Assembly (NCBI GenBank): GCA_963809195.1
Contig: CAWEIQ010000007.1
Location: 19,209-83,208 of the forward strand
Source of the DNA: an uncultured Actinomycetota bacterium
Lineage (GTDB): Bacteria; Actinomycetota; Actinomycetes; Streptosporangiales; Streptosporangiaceae
Reading direction: 5' to 3'
Length of the DNA: 64,000 nt
A model generated the notes under the pieces. The model was given only the letters and a program-made list of their open reading frames with translations, ran no database searches and was not told the origin of the DNA. Below are positions 10,450 through 19,957 of the stretch, in pieces (position 1 is the first letter of the stretch; each line of letters starts with the position of its first letter). The position numbers and the translations under genes are program-made.

Positions 10450-10546
10450 CTGCCGAGCGCCCGCGCGGCGAAATCGCCGACGCGCGCGCTCGATAGGCGC
10501 TGAGGGGCCGCGCGGCGGGGTTTCCGACGCGCGCGCTCGATAAGTA
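10450..10546. repeat. Two tandem ~47-50-bp GC-rich repeat units, same family as the senX3-regX3 spacer repeat
   Basis: Both units share the core CCGCGCGGCG-N4-6-CCGACGCGCGCGCTCGATA (10461-10495 and 10508-10542). They end in cTGAGGAGG, which serves as the hppA Shine-Dalgarno. Confidence 0.6.
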
Positions 10547-10559
10547 CTGAGGAGGATGG

Positions 10560-12890
10560 ATGACAAGGCTCGGTTCCGCTCTGGCTGACGGAGCGGCCAC
10601 CGTGACTGGCTCCAATGTGACCTGGGTTGCAGTTGTGGCCGTCATCGCCGTGCTGGCGCTGGCGATGGCGGGCTGGCTGGTCAGGCAGGTCCTGGCAGCG
10701 GGTCAGGGCACCGCGAAGATGCAGGAGATCGCGCTCGCGGTCCAGGAGGGAGCGGCAGCGTACCTGCGCCGGCAGTTCCGTACCCTCGCCGTGTTCGTGG
10801 TCCTGATCTTCTTCGTGCTGCTCGTGCTGCCGGCGGACAGCACTGCGGTCAGGTGGGGCCGGTCCATCTTCTTCCTGGCCGGCGCTCTGTTCTCCGCGCT
10901 GACTGGGTTCACCGGCATGTCGCTTGCCGTGCGCGGCAACGTCCGGGTAGCCGCGGCGGCCCGCGAGTCCGGCGAGCGGGAGGCCACCAGGATCGCGTTC
11001 CGCACCGGCGGGGTCGCCGGGATGTTCACGGTCGGCCTCGGCCTGCTCGGGGCGGCTGCTGTCGTGCTGATCTACAAGTCGAACGCTGCCAGCGTCCTCG
11101 AGGGCTTCGGCTTTGGCGCCGCGCTGCTCGCCATGTTCATGCGAGTAGGCGGCGGCATCTTCACCAAGGCCGCCGACGTGGGGGCCGACCTGGTCGGCAA
11201 GGTCGAGAAGGGCATTCCAGAAGACGACCCGCGTAACGCGGCGACCATCGCCGACAACGTCGGCGACAACGTCGGTGACTGCGCCGGCATGGCTGCAGAC
11301 CTGTTCGAGTCGTACGCGGTGACCCTGGTGGCCGCCTTGATCCTGGGCAAGGCGGCGTTCGGCTCGCAGGGCCTTGTCTTCCCGCTGATCGTCCCCGCGA
11401 TCGGCGTGCTCACCGCGATGGCCGGGATATTCTTCGTCGCCCCGCGCAAGAACGACCGCAGCGGGATGACGGCCATCAATCGCGGTTTCTTCCTCTCGGC
11501 GATCTTCTCCCTCATCCTGGTCGTCATCGCCGCCTTCGTGTACCTGCCGTCTTCGTTCAGCAAGCTGAATGGCGTCACCGATCAGGCGATCTTGCACCAC
11601 TCGGGCGATCCGCGGGTCCTCGCCATCGGCGCGGTGGTGATCGGCCTGGTGCTGGCCAGCGCGATCCAGCTGCTCACCGGCTACTTCACCGAGACCACCC
11701 GGCGGCCGGTCAGGGAGATCGCTGAATCCTCGCGCACTGGGCCTGCCACGGTGATCTTGTCCGGGATCTCCGTGGGCCTGGAGTCTGCCGTGTACTCGGC
11801 GCTGCTGATTGGCGCGGCGGTGTACGGGGCGTTCCTGCTGGGCACTGGCAACGCCACGATCGCGCTGTTCGCGGTCGCACTGGCAGGCACCGGCCTGCTG
11901 ACCACGGTCGGCGTGATCGTCTCGATGGACACCTTCGGCCCGGTCTCGGACAACGCCCAGGGCATCGCGGAGATGAGCGGCGACGTCGAAGGCGATGCCG
12001 CGACGGTGCTGACCAGGCTGGACGCGGTCGGCAACACCACGAAGGCGATCACCAAGGGCATCGCGATCGCGACCGCGGTGCTGGCGGCGACTGCGCTCTT
12101 CGGCGCGTTCCGCACCACCGTGGAGACCGCGCTCGGGAGTGCCGCGAACACCTTCAGCCTGTCGATCGACAAGCCGAACGCGCTGGTCGGCCTCATCGTC
12201 GGGGCGTCCGTCGTGTTCTTTTTCTCCGGCCTGGCGATCATGGCCGTCGGCCGTGCGGCTGGCCGGGTGGTCTTCGAGGTGCGCGAGCAGTTCAGGACGC
12301 ACCCGGGGATCATGGACTTCACCGAGAAGCCGGAATACGGCCGCGTCGTCGACATCTGCACGAAGGACTCGCTGCGCGAGCTTGCCACACCAGGCCTGCT
12401 CGCCGTGCTGATGCCGATCGTTATCGGCTTCGGCTTCGGCTACGTGCCGCTCGGCTCCTTCCTGGCCGGTGCGATCGCCGCTGGCGTGCTGATGGCCGTC
12501 TTCCTGGCCAACTCCGGCGGTGCCTGGGACAACGCGAAGAAGCTGGTCGAGGACGGACACTTCGGCGGGAAGGGATCAGAGGCACACGCGGCCACGGTGA
12601 TCGGCGACACCGTCGGCGACCCGTTCAAGGACACCGCAGGACCGGCGATCAACCCGCTGATCAAGGTCATGAACCTGGTCTCGCTGCTGATCGCGACCAG
12701 CGTCGTCAAGTACGCCGACAATACCGGCCTGCGGGTCGGAGTGGCAGTCGGTGCGCTGGCGATCGTGGTTGCCTCGGTCGTGATCTCCAAGCGGCGCCAG
12801 ACCGGCATCGCGCCATCGGACTCCGACGACGTCGACGGTCCTGCGGCTCCGGCCGACGACGAGCAGCCAACCGCGAAGGCGACGGCCTGA
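10560..12890 (+). CDS. hppA: Membrane-bound proton-translocating pyrophosphatase
   Basis: Intact 776-aa multi-TM ORF with the hallmark motifs GGIFTKAADVGADLVGKVE, DNVGDNVGDCAGMAADLFESY and GDTVGDPFKDTAGP. Confidence 0.95.
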   Translation: MTRLGSALADGAATVTGSNVTWVAVVAVIAVLALAMAGWLVRQVLAAGQGTAKMQEIALAVQEGAAAYLRRQFRTLAVFVVLIFFVLLVLPADSTAVRWGRSIFFLAGALFSALTGFTGMSLAVRGNVRVAAAARESGEREATRIAFRTGGVAGMFTVGLGLLGAAAVVLIYKSNAASVLEGFGFGAALLAMFMRVGGGIFTKAADVGADLVGKVEKGIPEDDPRNAATIADNVGDNVGDCAGMAADLFESYAVTLVAALILGKAAFGSQGLVFPLIVPAIGVLTAMAGIFFVAPRKNDRSGMTAINRGFFLSAIFSLILVVIAAFVYLPSSFSKLNGVTDQAILHHSGDPRVLAIGAVVIGLVLASAIQLLTGYFTETTRRPVREIAESSRTGPATVILSGISVGLESAVYSALLIGAAVYGAFLLGTGNATIALFAVALAGTGLLTTVGVIVSMDTFGPVSDNAQGIAEMSGDVEGDAATVLTRLDAVGNTTKAITKGIAIATAVLAATALFGAFRTTVETALGSAANTFSLSIDKPNALVGLIVGASVVFFFSGLAIMAVGRAAGRVVFEVREQFRTHPGIMDFTEKPEYGRVVDICTKDSLRELATPGLLAVLMPIVIGFGFGYVPLGSFLAGAIAAGVLMAVFLANSGGAWDNAKKLVEDGHFGGKGSEAHAATVIGDTVGDPFKDTAGPAINPLIKVMNLVSLLIATSVVKYADNTGLRVGVAVGALAIVVASVVISKRRQTGIAPSDSDDVDGPAAPADDEQPTAKATA

Positions 12891-12950
12891 GCAAGCTCTG
12901 TCGCCGCAGTTCCGTATGCCCTTTGCCCGCCGCCGTGCCGGCCTGCGAGC

Positions 12951-13487
12951 ATGGACGCCATGACAGCGCACCGGCAGCTCATCGTCATGCGGCACGCCAA
13001 GGCCGGAGAGCTGCCCGGCGGTCCCGACGTGGAGCGAGCCCTGCGTCCGCGTGGACGCAGGAACGCGTCCGCGGCCGGGCAGTGGCTGGCCGGCCGGGAG
13101 CTCGTGCCCGACCTCGTGCTCTGCTCGAAGGCTAGGCGGGCCAGGCAGACCTGGCAGTACGTCGGCGCCGAGCTGACCGGCGAGCCCGAGGTCGTCAACG
13201 ACCCGCGGCTGTACCAGGCCGACGCCGAAGACCTGCTCGGCATCTTCGCCGAGACCAGGCCGCAAGTCCGCAGCCTCATGTATGTCGGGCACAATCCAGC
13301 GGCGGCCGACGTCACGGAGATTCTGATCGGCGAGCCTGTCGACTTCCCCACCTCAGCGATCGCGATTGTCGGCCTCGATGCCGACTGGCCGAGCCTGTCC
13401 GGGGACCCGTCAGGGACCGGCAAGCTCGTCGCGTCCTGGCGGCCCGAACTGGCCAGGGGGGACGACCCCCAGGTACCCCGCGCCTGA
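12951..13487 (+). CDS. Histidine phosphatase family protein (SixA-like)
   Basis: LIVMRHAKA (RHG-type motif) and a later GHNP motif. 178-aa ORF. Confidence 0.7.
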   Translation: MDAMTAHRQLIVMRHAKAGELPGGPDVERALRPRGRRNASAAGQWLAGRELVPDLVLCSKARRARQTWQYVGAELTGEPEVVNDPRLYQADAEDLLGIFAETRPQVRSLMYVGHNPAAADVTEILIGEPVDFPTSAIAIVGLDADWPSLSGDPSGTGKLVASWRPELARGDDPQVPRA

Positions 13488-13558
13488 GCCAGAATCGTGA
13501 CCCTGGGTGCATAGCCACGCCATCGCGGTGGCCCGATCGACGTTGCGGGAGGAGGCAG

Positions 13559-14394
13559 ATGCCGGCTGAGGTGCTGTACTTGCGCGGCGTTGGAGTCTGC
13601 CGCGATCAGTCGATGCTGCTCAGGGACGTCGACTGGACCGTCCGTGACGACGAGAGCTGGGTCATCGTCGGCCCGAATGGCGCGGGCAAGACCACGTTGC
13701 TCCAGGTCGCGGCCGGCCTGATCCGGCCGACCGAGGGCCTCGCCGTGGTACTCGGCGAGGCGGTACAGGACGCCGACCTGCAAGATCTGCGCAGCCGGGT
13801 CGGGCATCTCCAGCGCCGCCGTCGCCGAGCAGGTGCCGCGCGGCTGAGAAGGTCATCGACCTGGTGATGACTGCCGGCTATGGCGTGCTTGGCCGCGCCG
13901 GCGAGGAGTACGACTCGTTCGACGTCGCCCGCGCGGTCGAACTGCTTGACGCTGTTGGCTGCGCGCACCTGATCAGGAGGCGGTTCGGCACGCTCTCCGA
14001 GGGCGAGCGCAAGCGAGTTCAGATCGCGCGGTCTCTGATGGCCGATCCCGAGCTGCTGTTGCTCGACGAGCCAGCGGCCGGACTCGATCTCGGCGGCCGG
14101 GAGGACGTGCTGAGGCGGATCGCTGCGCTGGTCGCAAGGCCGGGATCGCCGGTCATGGTGCTGGTGACCCACCACGTCGAAGAGGTGCCCGCTGGCTTTA
14201 CCCACGCGATGCTCATGCGCAGGGGCACGGTACTCGCGGCCGGCCCGGTGGAGCGCGTGTTCACCGCCAGGAACCTGTCGCGGTGTTTCGGCGTCCCGCT
14301 GATCGTCGAGCGCCGGGCTGCGCGCTGGATGGCCCATGCCGTCGTGCCGGCCAGTGGAGGCAACCCGCGGCAACCCCCTGCACCCGCGCTCTGA
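13559..14394 (+). pseudogene. ABC transporter ATP-binding protein, 2 frameshifts
   Basis: Walker A GPNGAGKTT is in ORF 13559..13867. Signature LSEGERKRV and Walker B LLLLDEPAAGLD are in ORF 13864..14394. A short middle piece (ISSAAVAEQVPR) sits in the third frame, with extra bases near 13808 and 13845. Confidence 0.8.
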
Positions 14395-14406
14395 TCGGGG
14401 GCGCTG

Positions 14407-15165
14407 GTGGGTGGGTGGGAGATCGTGGCGATACTCGCTGCGGCGATCGCGGCCGGCGCGATCAATGCCGTCGTGGGCTCGGGCTCGCTGATCACCTTCC
14501 CCACGCTGCTCGCGTTCGGGTTCGCGCCCGTCGTCGCGAACGTCTCCAACAACGTGGGGCTCGTCCCAGGCAACGTCAGCGGAGCGTTCGGCTACCGGGA
14601 CGAGCTGTCAGGCCAGCGCGGCCGGCTGATACGGCTCGGCATCGCCTCAGGGACCGGATCGATAGCGGGTGCCTGCGCGCTGCTGGCCCTGCCGCCCGGG
14701 GTCTTCGCAGTGGTCGTTCCCGCCCTCATCATCGTGGCCTGCGTGCTCGTCGTGCTGCAGCCGCGGCTGTCGGCATGGGTTGCCTCCCGCGGCAAGGAGC
14801 GTGCCGAGCATGGCGGCCCTCTGCTGTTCGCCGGGGTCTTCCTCGCCGGCGTCTACGGCGGTTACTTCGGCGCTGCGCAGGGCGTCCTGCTGATCGGGCT
14901 GCTCGGGATCTTCCTGACTGAGAGCCTGCAGCGTGTTAACGCAGGCAAGAACGTGCTCGTCACGATCGTCAACGGCGCCGCGGCCGCCGTCTTCCTCATC
15001 TTTGCCCACCTGGACTGGTTGGTCGTGCTTCTGATCGCCGCGGGATCGAGCGCCGGCGGCCTCATCGGAGCCAAGGTAGGACGCCGCTTGCCGCCGCTGG
15101 TGCTGCGCATCATCATCGTCGTGATCGGCGTCACCGCCGCCGTCAAGCTGATCTTCTTCCCGTGA
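14407..15165 (+). CDS. TauE/SafE family sulfite/anion exporter
   Basis: 252-aa, roughly 8-TM protein with GAINAVVGSGSLITFPTLL and a repeated half. Intact. Confidence 0.8.
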   Translation: MGGWEIVAILAAAIAAGAINAVVGSGSLITFPTLLAFGFAPVVANVSNNVGLVPGNVSGAFGYRDELSGQRGRLIRLGIASGTGSIAGACALLALPPGVFAVVVPALIIVACVLVVLQPRLSAWVASRGKERAEHGGPLLFAGVFLAGVYGGYFGAAQGVLLIGLLGIFLTESLQRVNAGKNVLVTIVNGAAAAVFLIFAHLDWLVVLLIAAGSSAGGLIGAKVGRRLPPLVLRIIIVVIGVTAAVKLIFFP

Positions 15166-15207
15166 CCGGCCAGGCAATGTCGTTTCGATCGGCACTCTGG
15201 ACGTGCG

Positions 15208-15821
15208 CTAGGCGGGTCCGCTCGGTGCGGGCAGGAGAATGCCAGCCTCGACGGCCTGACCGACCATGTCTCTGGCCAGCGCACCGAGCGATGGCGACCC
15301 GTCCTCGATCAGCGCGACCTTGGCGAGCACCCTATCGGCGGTGATGCCATGCCGCTGCCACGTGCCGCCGCCCGCTATCAGGTTCTCGTTGCATCGGCTG
15401 CAGCCTGTCGATCGCCCGGGCGAACTTCGCGTCCGTGGTCTGCCGTGCGGTGAACTCATCCCATAGCAGCCGCAGCTCCGCCGCCTGGTCGCGAGGGAGG
15501 ATAGCGAAGATCCGGTCGGCGGCTGCACGCTCGGCGGCGTTCTGCCTGGCCTGCGCGTCCGCATCCGCATAGAGGAACAGGTCGCCCGCGTCGATCTCGA
15601 CGAGATCGTGGATAAGCACCATGGCAGTGACCCTCGACAGATCGGTGCCAGCGCGGCGCGTGCTCGGCGAGCACCAGCACCATCATCGCCAGATGCCAGG
15701 AATGCTCGGCCGAATTCTCCCGCCGGTTCAGCCCTTCGCCGGCGAGGAAGGTCTCCCTGAGCACGCCCTTGAGCTTGCCGATCTCCGCCACGAACCGCAT
15801 CTGCTGATCGAGCCGCTGCAT
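15208..15821 (-). pseudogene. HD-domain phosphohydrolase (YfbR-like), 2 frameshifts
   Basis: [15 protein letters not shown] is in ORF 15456..15821. [12 protein letters not shown] is in ORF 15332..15622. The C-terminus is in ORF 15208..15570. These are three consecutive frames. Confidence 0.75.
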
Positions 15822-15865
15822 CAGACCTTCCTGATCATGGACATCACCGGCTGTCTGACAGCCCT

Positions 15866-16264
15866 TTACTGCGGACCGAGTCCGAGCACGTGCATCAGCA
15901 CCAGGAGCGCGACGAACCCGACGAGGATGGCGGTGCCCTTGGCTAGGGAGCGCAGCCGCCGACGGCGGTCCCCAGGCGCCGCGGGCCGGGCGGGACCAGG
16001 CCGGCCGCGGCCGGGGGACCCCGGTGGTCGCCGCGATACGGCCGGCTTTGGCGATCCCGGCGGTACCGGCTTGCGCAGTCTCCTCGCCCGGCGTGACAAC
16101 TGCCAGTGCAGCGACTTGCGGCGACGCCGGGCCGCGCGCCTGGACCGCTCGGCCGCCGATGGCTCACGGAACTTCGCAGCCCCGGCACTTCCTGAATACA
16201 AGTCGCGCAGCTGCCGGTCGAATTCGTCGGGGCTAGCTGTGCCGTCGCTGTGCTCGGTGGACAT
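15866..16264 (-). CDS. Hypothetical protein with Arg/Pro-rich middle and C-terminal TM anchor
   Basis: MSTEHSD... ends in the hydrophobic stretch [19 protein letters not shown] recognise no family. Confidence 0.4.
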   Translation of the reverse strand: MSTEHSDGTASPDEFDRQLRDLYSGSAGAAKFREPSAAERSRRAARRRRKSLHWQLSRRARRLRKPVPPGSPKPAVSRRPPGSPGRGRPGPARPAAPGDRRRRLRSLAKGTAILVGFVALLVLMHVLGLGPQ

Positions 16265-16380
16265 GCACGCAAGTATGCCTGGCGGGCGGCCCGCGCAGGT
16301 CGGCACGCGGCTGAACGCCGGCTGACCAGCCGGGAGGCTCTGTCGCGGCCGCGCCGAGTGACGCTACGATCGGCGCTGTT

Positions 16381-17059
16381 ATGGCTACGATCAGGGTCGC
16401 GCTGGCAGAGGATCATGTCCTGCTGCGGGAGGGCATCTCTCGGCTGGTGTCGGCAAACGAGGACTTCGAGCTCGTCGGCGTGGCCTCTGACCTGCCACAG
16501 TTGCTTGCCGTCGTGGCCGAACAACATCCGGATGTCGTGGTCACCGACATCCGGATGCCGCCGACCGGGACGGACGAGGGCATCAAGGCGGCAAGCTGGA
16601 TTTACCAGAACCACCCGCGGACGGGAGTCGTGGTCCTCAGCCAGTACGTGGCGCCCGCATACGCGGTCGCGCTGCTCGAGCACGGCTCGGCCGGCCGGGC
16701 GTACCTGCTGAAGGAGCGGGTCAGCAGCGTCGACGAGCTGGCCAGGGCGATCAGGACGGTCGCGCAAGGCGGATCGGTGATCGACCCGCGGGTGGTCGAC
16801 GAACTGGTACGCTCGCGCTCGGGCGACGCGCCAGCCGGGACTGTCCGCGCTCACGCCAAGGGAGTCGGAGATCCTCGGCGAGATGGCGCAGGGCAAGAGC
16901 AACTCGGCCATCGCCGCCGCGCTGTTCGTGACCGAGCGGGCCGTGGAGAAGCACACGAACTCGATCTTCGCCAAGCTCGGACTGTCCGAGGAGAAGGACG
17001 TCAACCGCCGGGTCAAGGCCGTGCTCGTCTACCTCAGTCAGCAAGAGCCCGTCAGCTAG
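16381..17059 (+). pseudogene. NarL/LuxR-family response regulator, one frameshift
   Basis: The REC domain (VVVTDIRMPP) is in ORF 16381.... The GerE HTH (LTPRESEILGEMAQGKSNSAIAAALFVTERAVEKHTNSIFAKLG) reads in the +1 frame from about 16825 and stops at TAG 17057-17059. Confidence 0.8.
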
Positions 17060-19208
17060 GCGAGCGGGATCGAACCGAGCACCTGGCTGCCCTTGCCAGG
17101 CTCGGATTCCCATCGGACGGTTCCGCCGATCGACCCGAGCCGGTCGGCCATGTTGACGAAGCCGTGCCCGCTGCGCGCCTGCTCCTGGCTCGAACCCCGG
17201 ACCGTCGTCGCTGACCGAGAAGAGCAAGCCACCTGCCTCTTCCCAGATCCGCAGCTCGACCTGTGATCCACGGAGCGTGCTTGGCGGCGTTCTGGAGTGC
17301 CTCCAGGCAGCAGAAATAGATCGCGGCCTCCGTCTCAGGGCCGTACCTGCCGATCCCGGCTGCGCGCACCGCAACCTCGCAGCGGGCTCCGGTTCGCCGC
17401 CGCCTGCAGCGCCTCGCCGAGGCCGCGGTCGGCCAGCAGCGGCGGGTAGATGCCGTGCGCGAGCTCGCGCAGCTCGGTGATGGTGTCCTTGATTTCGCTG
17501 GCGAGCTGGTCGAGCATCTCGGTCGCGGCCGGCGGGTCGTCGGCGAGGATGTCCCGCGCCAGGCGCAGGTTGACGGCCATCGCGACCAGATGCTGCTGAG
17601 CTCCGTCGTGCAGGTTCCGCTCGAGCCTGCGACGCTCGGCGTCCCCGCTCGCGACGATCCGCGCCCTGGACTCGCGCAGCTCGTCCGCCTGCTTGCGCAG
17701 TTCGTCGAGGGTCGTCTGCAACGCGGTGTCGAGCCTTGCGTTGTGCACGGCGAGGCCCACCTGCCTGGCCAGCTCGGTGAGCACCCGGTCGTGCTCGGCG
17801 GAGAAAGCGTCGCCGGTGGCCGGCCGCTGCGCGACGATGAGGCCAAGCAGCTCCCCCGCATGGCTGGCGGGCATGACGCGCAGCTGGCAATCGCCGCGTC
17901 CTTCGAGCAGGGCGGGCAGCCAGACCGACACCCATGCGTTGCCCGAGATTCCTGCCCTGGTCACGACCGGCCTCTCGCGCGCGGTGATAACCAGCGAGGC
18001 GGGCCCCGCGTCGGGCACGGATGCCACGCGCTCCAGCACGTCGCCCATCCCGGTGAAGACCTCTGCACTGGTCAGGTTCATCGTCTTGCGCAGCGACTCG
18101 GCGAGCTGCAGGAGCAGCTCGTCCATGCTGATCGGCACGGGTCATCCGGCTGCCGAAGGTGCGCAGCACCTCATCTGGCGCCTGCCTGGCACCGAACACC
18201 GATTTGGTCGCCCAGCCGATCAGGCGGTCCCTGACAGGCAGGTAGCCGATCGCGCCTACGGCGGCGGCCAGCATGGACAGGCCGAGCAATTCGTGGTCGG
18301 CGTTGTCCTGGGGCGGATTGCCCAGGCCGAGGATGACGATGATGTAGACCACCGCGACCGCGACCGTGTAGCCGGCCACCGCGAGTACGTGCACGAGCAG
18401 CCGGCCGCCGAACTTGCCGAGCTGGGGCACGTCGCCAGCCATCAGGCCGAGCGGCACCAGCACCGTCGCGGCAGCGGCCACGGGGGCGAGCGGAGTCGGC
18501 CAGGCCACCAGCAGGTTGAGCACAGTCGCGGCAATCGCCACGGTCGCGGCCAGCACGGCACCGATCCCGGTCCATTGCAGCCGCTCTCGGTCGCGGCTCT
18601 CCGCCGCGGCGTAACGGATCCTGATTGCTGGCAGGGCCAGCACGGTGGCCGCCGGCAGGCAGATCGCGAAGACAGCGGCAGACAGCCGGCCGCCGCCAGC
18701 AGCCAGGTAGACGCCGGCGCCGCCCGCCGCCAGAACGTACACGGACGCCACCGCCGCCCGCCTGGGCCGCGAGCCGAGACGGCCGTCGGGGACGGCGAGC
18801 AGCAGGTGGATCCACAGGACGATGACCAGGACGCCGGCCAGCGTCGCAGCGGCGAGCAGCATGTCATGACTGCCCTGCGGAAGCACCGTCCGCGGCCCTG
18901 GTGGCGCTCAGCGCGATCACCGCGGCAAGCGCGCCGCAGCTTACCTGCCACTGCGGGGTACGCTCCCTCGCTCGCGCCGTCAGCACCGCCGAGAGCGCCC
19001 ACACGACGGCCACGGCGTACCCGGTTCCTTGCAGGGCAGTGACAGAGGCCGGCGCGGCCAGCCCCGCGCCGGTCACTGCGAGCGCGGCGGCGGGAAGCAC
19101 GAGGCCCGCGGTGATCAGGCGGGCTCGCGGTGCTGGCCCGGGTGGACGACCCCCCGAATCCTCCCGCGGTGCCACTGGCGCGTCCACCGGCAGCGAGCTT
19201 GTGGTCAC
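17056..19208 (-). pseudogene. Membrane sensor histidine kinase (multi-TM sensor, GAF, HisKA_3, HATPase), about 5 frameshifts
   Basis: The pieces are ORF 18864..19208 and the N-terminus of 16751..18886 (TM region), ORF 17335..18138 (GAF-like plus H-box ERRRLERNLHDGAQQHLVAM), the frame of 17052..17861 (IYFCCLEALQNAAKHA), and ORF 17056..17271 (GHGFVNMADRLGSIGG). The frames step 2,1,0,2,1,0. Confidence 0.8.
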
Positions 19209-19250
19209 CGGACCTCGACCTTGACCGCCGGGTCAGGCTCCGGGCTGACC

Positions 19251-19941
19251 TCATCCTGCGGCGACGATCCGGCCGTCTCGGATCCGCACCAGCCGCTGCG
19301 CGGCCGCGGCCACGTCGGCGTCGTGAGTGACCAGGATGACCGTCTGGCCGCCAGCATGCAGCCGCCTGAGCAATTCGATCACCTCGGCGCCGCCCTCGGA
19401 GTCCAGCGCCCCAGTCGGCTCGTCGGCCAGCAGGAGCGTGGGCTCGTTGGCCAGTGCCCTGGCTATCGCGAGCCGCTGCCGCTGCCCGCCGGACAGCACG
19501 CCGGGAAGCGAGCTTTCCTTGTCGCCGATGCCCAGCAGGTCGAGCAGGTCGCGGGCCCTGGTCTCGGCCATCCGCCGCTTCCGGCCCGCGATCAGCGCGG
19601 GCAGCGCGACGTTCTCCAGCACCGTCATCCCCTCGAGCAGGTTGAAGAACTGGAAGACGATGCCGATGTGGCGCCGGCGCATCCTGGCCAGGTCGTCTTC
19701 GCTGCGGCCCGTGACCTGTTCGCCGGCCACCGTGATCGTGCCCTCGTCAGGCACGTCCAGCCCGGCGACCAGGTTCAGCAAGGTGGACTTGCCGCAGCCC
19801 GACGGCCCCATCAGCGCGACAAACTCGCCCCGGCTGCACGGTCAGGTCCACGCCGCGGAGCGCCCGCACGGGGGCGTTCTCGGCCTCAAAGGTCCTGCGC
19901 ACCCCGCGGGTGACGAGCGCGGCCGCCTCGGTGTTCATTGC
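19251..19941 (-). pseudogene. MacB/LolD-type ABC transporter ATP-binding protein, one frameshift
   Basis: The N-terminus MNTEAAALVTRGVRRTFE is in ORF 19747..20031. Walker A GPSGCGKST, LSGGQRQR and LLLADEPTGALD are in ORF 19251..19811. The junction is near 19815. Confidence 0.85.
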
Positions 19942-19957
19942 GCCCCCATCGTGGTCG

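Noticed and set aside
10440-12560. 706-aa minus-strand ORF antisense to hppA
   Set aside because: This is a typical high-GC shadow ORF. It is Arg/Gly/Asp/His-rich with no recognisable domains. The opposite strand encodes a complete pyrophosphatase carrying all the hallmark motifs.
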